DNA of 10,201 nucleotides from a virus: UHGV virus genome UHGV-1546769; one strand, 5' to 3'. Shown piece by piece: positions 5,981 to 10,201 of this stretch (position 1 is its first letter; each line of letters starts with the position of its first letter). The notes under the pieces were generated by a model. It saw only the letters and a program-made list of their open reading frames with translations, ran no database searches and was not told where the DNA came from. The position numbers and the translations under genes were made by a program.

Positions 5981-6116
5981 CAAAACAGAGAAGAGCATCA
6001 CCGGACGACGGGCTCATAACCCAATCCATCCGGGCGGCAGTCACCGCAGGTGTTCTTCTCTGTTTTGTGGAGAAACCAACCGACCTTGCAGGGTCGATAT
6101 GATGAGGAGCAGCAAA

Positions 6117-6479
6117 ATGGCTAGCGAACGCAGTACTGATGTGCAGGCATTTATCGGGGAACTGGACGGCGGCGTATTTGAAAGCAAAATCGGCGCAGTT
6201 CTCAGTGAAGTCGCTTCCGGTGTGATGAACACGAAAACCAAAGGTAAGGTCTCACTCAACCTGGAAATCGAACCATTTGATGAGAACCGTGTGAAAATCA
6301 AACACAAACTCTCATATGTTCGCCCGACTAACCGCGGGAAAATTTCCGAAGAAGACACCACCGAAACGCCGATGTATGTCAATCGCGGTGGTCGCCTGAC
6401 TATTCTGCAGGAAGACCAGGGACAATTACTGACTCTTGCCGGTGAACCTGACGGAAAACTCCGCGCAGCAGGTCGTTAA
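6117..6479 (+). CDS. Hypothetical early-left operon protein (120 aa, YfdP-like by size and position)
   Basis: I chose the ATG at 6117 rather than the upstream track start at 5931 because GAGGAG (6104-6109) lies 7 nt upstream and the upstream extension crosses the leader hairpin. Product MASERSTDVQAFIGELDGGVFESKIGAVLSEVASGV...; function unknown. Confidence 0.6.
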   Translation: MASERSTDVQAFIGELDGGVFESKIGAVLSEVASGVMNTKTKGKVSLNLEIEPFDENRVKIKHKLSYVRPTNRGKISEEDTTETPMYVNRGGRLTILQEDQGQLLTLAGEPDGKLRAAGR

Positions 6480-6544
6480 TATCGTTTTTAATAAACTGAT
6501 TATTTATCTCATCACTGAATATCTTTATATAGTGAGGACTTATT

Positions 6545-7369
6545 ATGTCTCAGAACTTAGACGCAACCGCAATTAATCAAATACATGCCCTTATTTCTGC
6601 TCAGGGTGTTAATGAAATTATCAGTAAGATTGGTGCCGATGCTGTGGCATTGCCTGAGAATTTCCGCATTCATGATCTGGAAAAATTTAATTTAAATCGC
6701 TTCCGTTTCCGTGGTGCGCTTTCCACTGCCAGCATCGATGACTTTACCCGTTATTCTAAAGATCTTGCAGATGAAGGCACCCGCTGCTTTATCGATGCTG
6801 ATAATATGCGTGCCGTCAGTGTGCTTAACCTGGGTACTATTGATGAACCAGGTCACGCAGATAACACCGCCACTCTCAAACTGAAAAAGGCAGCACCGTT
6901 CTCTGCTCTGTTGTCTGTTAATGGCGAGCGTAACTCCCAGAAGTCACTGGCAGAATGGATTGAAGACTGGGCCGACTACCTTGTGGGTTTTGATGCTAAT
7001 GGTGACGCCATTCAGGCAACCAAAGCGGCGGCGGCTATCCGTAAAATCACAATTGAAGCGAACCAGACCGCTGATTTTGAAGATAATGACTTCAGCGGCA
7101 AACGCTCCCTGATGGAGTCTGTCGAAGCGAAGACCAAAGACATTATGCCAGTGGCATTTGAATTTAAATGCGTTCCGTTTGAAGGCCTGAAAGAACGTCC
7201 ATTTAAATTACGACTCAGCATTATCACTGGTGATCGCCCTGTACTGGTTCTGCGCATTATTCAGCTGGAAGCAGTGCAGGAAGAAATGGCTAACGAATTT
7301 CGTGATCTGCTTGTTGAGAAATTCAAAGACAGCAAAGTAGAAACCTTTATTGGTACTTTCACCGCCTGA
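6545..7369 (+). CDS. yfdQ: Uncharacterised phage protein (274 aa, YfdQ-like / DUF2303-like)
   Basis: ATG at 6545 with GAGGA 6 nt upstream. Its length and its position just upstream of an HD-domain protein match the yfdQ-yfdR pair of E. coli prophage CPS-53 as I remember it. The symbol is tentative and needs a BLAST check. Confidence 0.7.
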   Translation: MSQNLDATAINQIHALISAQGVNEIISKIGADAVALPENFRIHDLEKFNLNRFRFRGALSTASIDDFTRYSKDLADEGTRCFIDADNMRAVSVLNLGTIDEPGHADNTATLKLKKAAPFSALLSVNGERNSQKSLAEWIEDWADYLVGFDANGDAIQATKAAAAIRKITIEANQTADFEDNDFSGKRSLMESVEAKTKDIMPVAFEFKCVPFEGLKERPFKLRLSIITGDRPVLVLRIIQLEAVQEEMANEFRDLLVEKFKDSKVETFIGTFTA

Positions 7370-7381
7370 TTTCATTACTGC

Positions 7382-7403
7382 AAATGCCCCTGCGGGGGCA
7401 TTT
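7382..7403 (+). other. Intergenic hairpin between the YfdQ-like and HD-domain genes
   Basis: AAATGCCCC (7382-7390), loop TGCG, GGGGCATTT (7395-7403). There is no strong downstream T-run, so it is more likely a processing or stability element or a weak terminator. Confidence 0.3.
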
Positions 7404-7497
7404 ATGGAAACGTAATTAACTCAATAATCGCCGGATGGTGAGAGCTTCCTTTTACCCGAATTCAGCGCGGTGCAGCGCATATAACGTGGAGAACAAA

Positions 7498-8034
7498 ATG
7501 TCATTTATTAAAACTTTTTCCGGGAAGCATTTTTATTATGACAGGATAAATAAAGACAACATCGATATTAACGATATCGCGGTTTCCCTTTCAAATATCT
7601 GTCGCTTTGCCGGTCATCTTTCACACTTCTACAGCGTCGCCCAACATGCGGTGCTTTGCAGCCAGCTGGTGCCGCAGGAATTTGCTTTTGAAGCGTTAAT
7701 GCATGATGCAACAGAAGCGTATTGCCAGGACATCCCCGCGCCACTGAAACGCCTTCTTCCTGACTATAAACGGATGGAAGAAAAAATAGACGCCGTAATC
7801 CGTGAGAAATACGGGTTACCCCCGGTTATGAGTACGCCCGTGAAATATGCCGATCTCATCATGCTGGCAACCGAACGCCGTGATCTCGGGCTTGATGATG
7901 GCTCTTTCTGGCCTGTACTGGAAGGCATCCCGGCAACAGAGATGTTCAACGTGATTCCACTGGCACCGGGCCATGCCTACGGGATGTTTATGGAACGCTT
8001 CAACGAGTTATCGGAATTACGCAAATGTGCATAA
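7498..8034 (+). CDS. yfdR: HD-domain phosphohydrolase (5'-deoxynucleotidase YfdR-like)
   Basis: 178 aa from the ATG at 7498, which has GGAG 7 nt upstream (the track start at 7435 has no RBS). HD motif residues are visible in HLSHFYSVAQHAV and EALMHDATEAY. Size and motifs match my recollection of CPS-53 YfdR. Confidence 0.8.
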   Translation: MSFIKTFSGKHFYYDRINKDNIDINDIAVSLSNICRFAGHLSHFYSVAQHAVLCSQLVPQEFAFEALMHDATEAYCQDIPAPLKRLLPDYKRMEEKIDAVIREKYGLPPVMSTPVKYADLIMLATERRDLGLDDGSFWPVLEGIPATEMFNVIPLAPGHAYGMFMERFNELSELRKCA

Positions 8035-8903
8035 CTCATGTAGTTAGTTTTTCTGGCGGGAGAACATCTGCATATCTTGTTCACCTGATGGAAGAACAAA
8101 GAAAGGCTGGCAATAACGTCTGCTACATCTTTATGGATACCGGTTGCGAACATCCGCTGACATACCGCTTTATTCGGGAGGTTGTGAAGTTCTGGGGCAT
8201 ATCGCTAACTGTGTTGCAGGTCGATATAAATCCAGAGCTTGGGCAGCCAAATGGTTATACGGAATGGGAACCAAAGGATATTCAGACACGAATGCCGGTG
8301 CTTAAACCGTTTATGGACATGGTAAAAAAATATGGCACGCCATACATCGGCGGCGCGTTCTGCACTGACAGATTAAAACTCACCCCCTTCACAAAATACT
8401 GCGATGACCATTTCGGACGAGGGAATTACATCACATGGCTGGGTATTCGTGCAGACGAACCTCGTAGGCTGAAACCGAAATCGGGCGTCCGGTATCTTGC
8501 CGAGCTATCTGATTTTGATAAGTCGGATGTTATCCGGTGGTGGCATAAACAACCTTTTGATTTGCAAACCCCGGAGCACCTCGGGAACTGTGTTTTCTGC
8601 ATCAAAAAGTCCACGCAAAAGCTGGGGCTTGCATGTAAAGACGAACCTGGTCTGATGCGAGTTTTTAATGAGCTGGTTACAGGTAAACACGTCCGGGATG
8701 GTCACCGAAAGACAAATAAAGACGTTATGTACCGTGGTCATCTGAGCCTTGACGGGATTGCCAGAATGTATGCCGACAGCGACTACAGAAATTTGTATCA
8801 GGCGATGGTGCAAGCCAGGCGATTCGATACCGGCTCGTGTTCAGAGTCATGTGAAATCTGGGGTGATCAATTGGAGTTGAAATTCGAAGAGGTGGTGGCA
8901 TGA
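8025..8903 (+). CDS. PAPS-reductase-like PP-loop ATP pyrophosphatase family protein
   Basis: 292 aa. PP-loop SFSGGRTSAY at residues 8-17, DTGCEHPLTYRFI matching the PAPS reductase DTGxxFPETY block, LGIRADEPRR matching the conserved Arg/acidic block, and a CVFC pair near residue 190. The start overlaps the upstream gene by 10 nt; the stop overlaps the next start as ATGA. Confidence 0.85.
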   Translation: MCITHVVSFSGGRTSAYLVHLMEEQRKAGNNVCYIFMDTGCEHPLTYRFIREVVKFWGISLTVLQVDINPELGQPNGYTEWEPKDIQTRMPVLKPFMDMVKKYGTPYIGGAFCTDRLKLTPFTKYCDDHFGRGNYITWLGIRADEPRRLKPKSGVRYLAELSDFDKSDVIRWWHKQPFDLQTPEHLGNCVFCIKKSTQKLGLACKDEPGLMRVFNELVTGKHVRDGHRKTNKDVMYRGHLSLDGIARMYADSDYRNLYQAMVQARRFDTGSCSESCEIWGDQLELKFEEVVA

Positions 8904-9373
8904 CAACCAAAATTAACTATCAGGCACTGCGTGAGGCGGCAGAAGCAATAAAAATAGTAGCCACACCACAAAAATTGCTGGCATTTCGTATGAAAGTCAC
9001 ACCGCAGGTTGTGCTGGCGCTGCTGGATGAGCTGGAAGCAGCAGAGAAGCGAAACGCTGAATTACAAAGCGAGAATGCATACATCCGCAACCGGTACAAA
9101 GAACTGGACCTATTAATCGGGAAAAACATTCTGGTCATGCAGGCTGCCATTATCGAATGGCAGGCAACTGGCGACGCTAAGAGCGGACTGGCATGGATTT
9201 ATAACACACTGTTTGGCCCTGGCGAATTACCGGACGAATCTGAGAAAGATGCTCAGGCCTACTTTAATCGCAAATATGCACCGATTGACGAAAAGCTTAT
9301 GGCGCTTCACAAGTGGTTTTGGGAACAAAGTGAAGCCGAGCGCGCCGCTGGCATTTGCATCAAAGGAGAGTGA
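8900..9373 (+). CDS. Coiled-coil phage protein (possibly ead/Ea22-like)
   Basis: 157 aa. The N-terminus INYQALREAAEA and the coiled-coil-like segment LDELEAAEKRNAELQSENAYIRNRYKEL resemble Ea22-like early proteins of lambdoid phages, from memory only. ATGA overlap with the upstream gene. Confidence 0.55.
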   Translation: MTTKINYQALREAAEAIKIVATPQKLLAFRMKVTPQVVLALLDELEAAEKRNAELQSENAYIRNRYKELDLLIGKNILVMQAAIIEWQATGDAKSGLAWIYNTLFGPGELPDESEKDAQAYFNRKYAPIDEKLMALHKWFWEQSEAERAAGICIKGE

Positions 9374-9374
9374 G

Positions 9375-10130
9375 ATGATTCACTATCACGGTGGGCCTAT
9401 TACTCCGGATACGTGCGCCATGAGAGCATGGAAAGGGCGACATGCGTTTATCAGTTTTGCGCATTCAGGCCAGATCAATCTCGCGGCTGAATACTGTCAG
9501 TCGTTCGCGCTGGACAACGGTGCATTCACCGCCTGGAAAGCAGCTGGCAAAAACAAAATCGACTGGAGCGATTACTACGAGTTTGTCGCTCGCTGGAAGA
9601 ATCACCCAGGATTCGATTTTGCCATTATCCCTGATGTTATTGATGGCGGAGAGGAAGAAAATGATGCGCTTCTGAATGAGTGGCCTCACGGAAAACTAGC
9701 TGGCGTTCCAGTGTGGCACATGAATGAAAGTGACGAGCGATTTATTCATTTGTGCAATGAGTTTCCGCGAGTGGCTATCGGTAGTTGTGGCGACTATGAC
9801 GTAAAGCGCCCAACTCTTGCGGTAGCCAGAATGAAAGACCTGATTCGTCACATTGTTGATGAGCATGGTCAGCCGGTTACGAAACTACATGGATTGCGCA
9901 TGTTAAATCCGCTGATATTCACAAAATTACCCTTAGCCAGCGCAGATAGTACGAACGTCGCTCGAAACATCGGTATTGATAAAGCCTGGTCTGGGGCTTA
10001 TGCACCTGCAAGTAAAGAGACACGCGCAGCATTAATGGTAGAACGGATTGAGGCACACAATAGCCCTGGTTCTCTTGCGTATTGTGAACAACGCGACCGC
10101 TTTGAAATGCAATTGCAACTGGCAGTTTAA
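9375..10130 (+). CDS. tRNA-guanine transglycosylase (TGT)-superfamily protein lacking the zinc subdomain (DpdA-like candidate)
   Basis: 251 aa from the ATG at 9375 (AGGAG 9 nt upstream; the upstream stop TGA 9371-9373 is 1 nt away). By manual comparison with E. coli Tgt from memory: FALDNGAFTAW vs LTDSGGFQVFS (first catalytic Asp block), AIIPDVID vs VMIFDECT, RVAIGSCGD vs YAVGGLAVGE, and ADSTNVARN vs FDCVMPTRNARN (nucleophile Asp block). The protein ends about 55 aa later with no CxCxxC...H zinc motif. Confidence 0.65.
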   Translation: MIHYHGGPITPDTCAMRAWKGRHAFISFAHSGQINLAAEYCQSFALDNGAFTAWKAAGKNKIDWSDYYEFVARWKNHPGFDFAIIPDVIDGGEEENDALLNEWPHGKLAGVPVWHMNESDERFIHLCNEFPRVAIGSCGDYDVKRPTLAVARMKDLIRHIVDEHGQPVTKLHGLRMLNPLIFTKLPLASADSTNVARNIGIDKAWSGAYAPASKETRAALMVERIEAHNSPGSLAYCEQRDRFEMQLQLAV

Positions 10131-10140
10131 GGACTAACAA

Positions 10141-10201
10141 ATGACCACTATTACCAAAGAGCGACTGCTGACAATCAAGCAGTGGCGCGAAACATACGGA
10201 C
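10141..10201 (+). CDS. Start of a further early-left operon gene (truncated by the window end)
   Basis: ATG at 10141 preceded by AAGGA (10130-10134); open through the window end (MTTITKERLLTIKQWRETYG...). Confidence 0.35.
   Translation, partial: MTTITKERLLTIKQWRETYG

Noticed and set aside
5931-6116. Upstream extension of the track ORF 5931..6479
   Set aside because: It has no RBS at 5931, runs through the leader hairpin (5934-5980) and is low complexity. The internal ATG at 6117 has a GAGGAG RBS 7 nt upstream.
7435-7497. Upstream extension of the HD-domain ORF (start at 7435)
   Set aside because: The ATG at 7498 has a GGAG RBS at the right spacing and gives a typical 178-aa HD protein; the upstream 21 codons have no RBS.
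9213-9374. Upstream extension of the TGT-like ORF (start at 9213)
   Set aside because: This stretch lies inside the upstream gene (8900-9373) in another frame. The ATG at 9375 follows that gene's stop by 1 nt and has an AGGAG RBS.
4928-10140. Minus-strand track ORFs within the plus-strand region (4928..5152, 5341..5535, 6041..6382, 7012..7257, 7764..7949, 8426..8614, 8505..8813, 8725..8910, 8920..9150, 9465..9689, 9919..10140), plus the plus-strand alternative-frame ORFs 6921..7112 and 9442..9675
   Set aside because: Antisense or alternative frame to the cI gene or the well-supported early-left operon genes; no start signals; shadow-ORF composition.
1-10201. Integrase, attachment sites, tRNA, rRNA or insertion-sequence elements
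   Set aside because: No tyrosine or serine recombinase motifs, no tRNA-like cloverleaf candidates and no terminal inverted repeats with a transposase ORF were seen. The window lies wholly inside the prophage regulatory and early region.

Overview
This window reads as the immunity and early-regulatory core of a lambdoid enterobacterial prophage, mirrored relative to the usual lambda map. A CI-type repressor (5006-5659, +) sits between two operator/promoter regions that carry the same 18-bp palindrome. The minus strand carries a tightly packed early operon: Cro/YdaS-like, CII/YdaT-like, two overlapping small ORFs, an O-like replication initiator with six in-gene origin iterons, an N6-adenine methyltransferase, a LexA DNA-binding-domain-only protein, RusA, a KilA-N protein and a further gene that runs off the window start. 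The plus strand downstream of cI carries the early-left operon: a long structured leader, YfdP/YfdQ/YfdR-like proteins, a PAPS-reductase-like PP-loop enzyme, a coiled-coil protein and a TGT-like (DpdA-like) protein. The most interesting candidate is the HD hydrolase + PP-loop enzyme + TGT/DpdA-like cluster at 7498-10130, which I infer to be a nucleic-acid base-exchange modification (likely anti-restriction) module. All protein assignments rest on motif recognition from the supplied translations and remembered family signatures; no database search was run. No rRNA, tRNA, CRISPR array, integrase or att site is visible.
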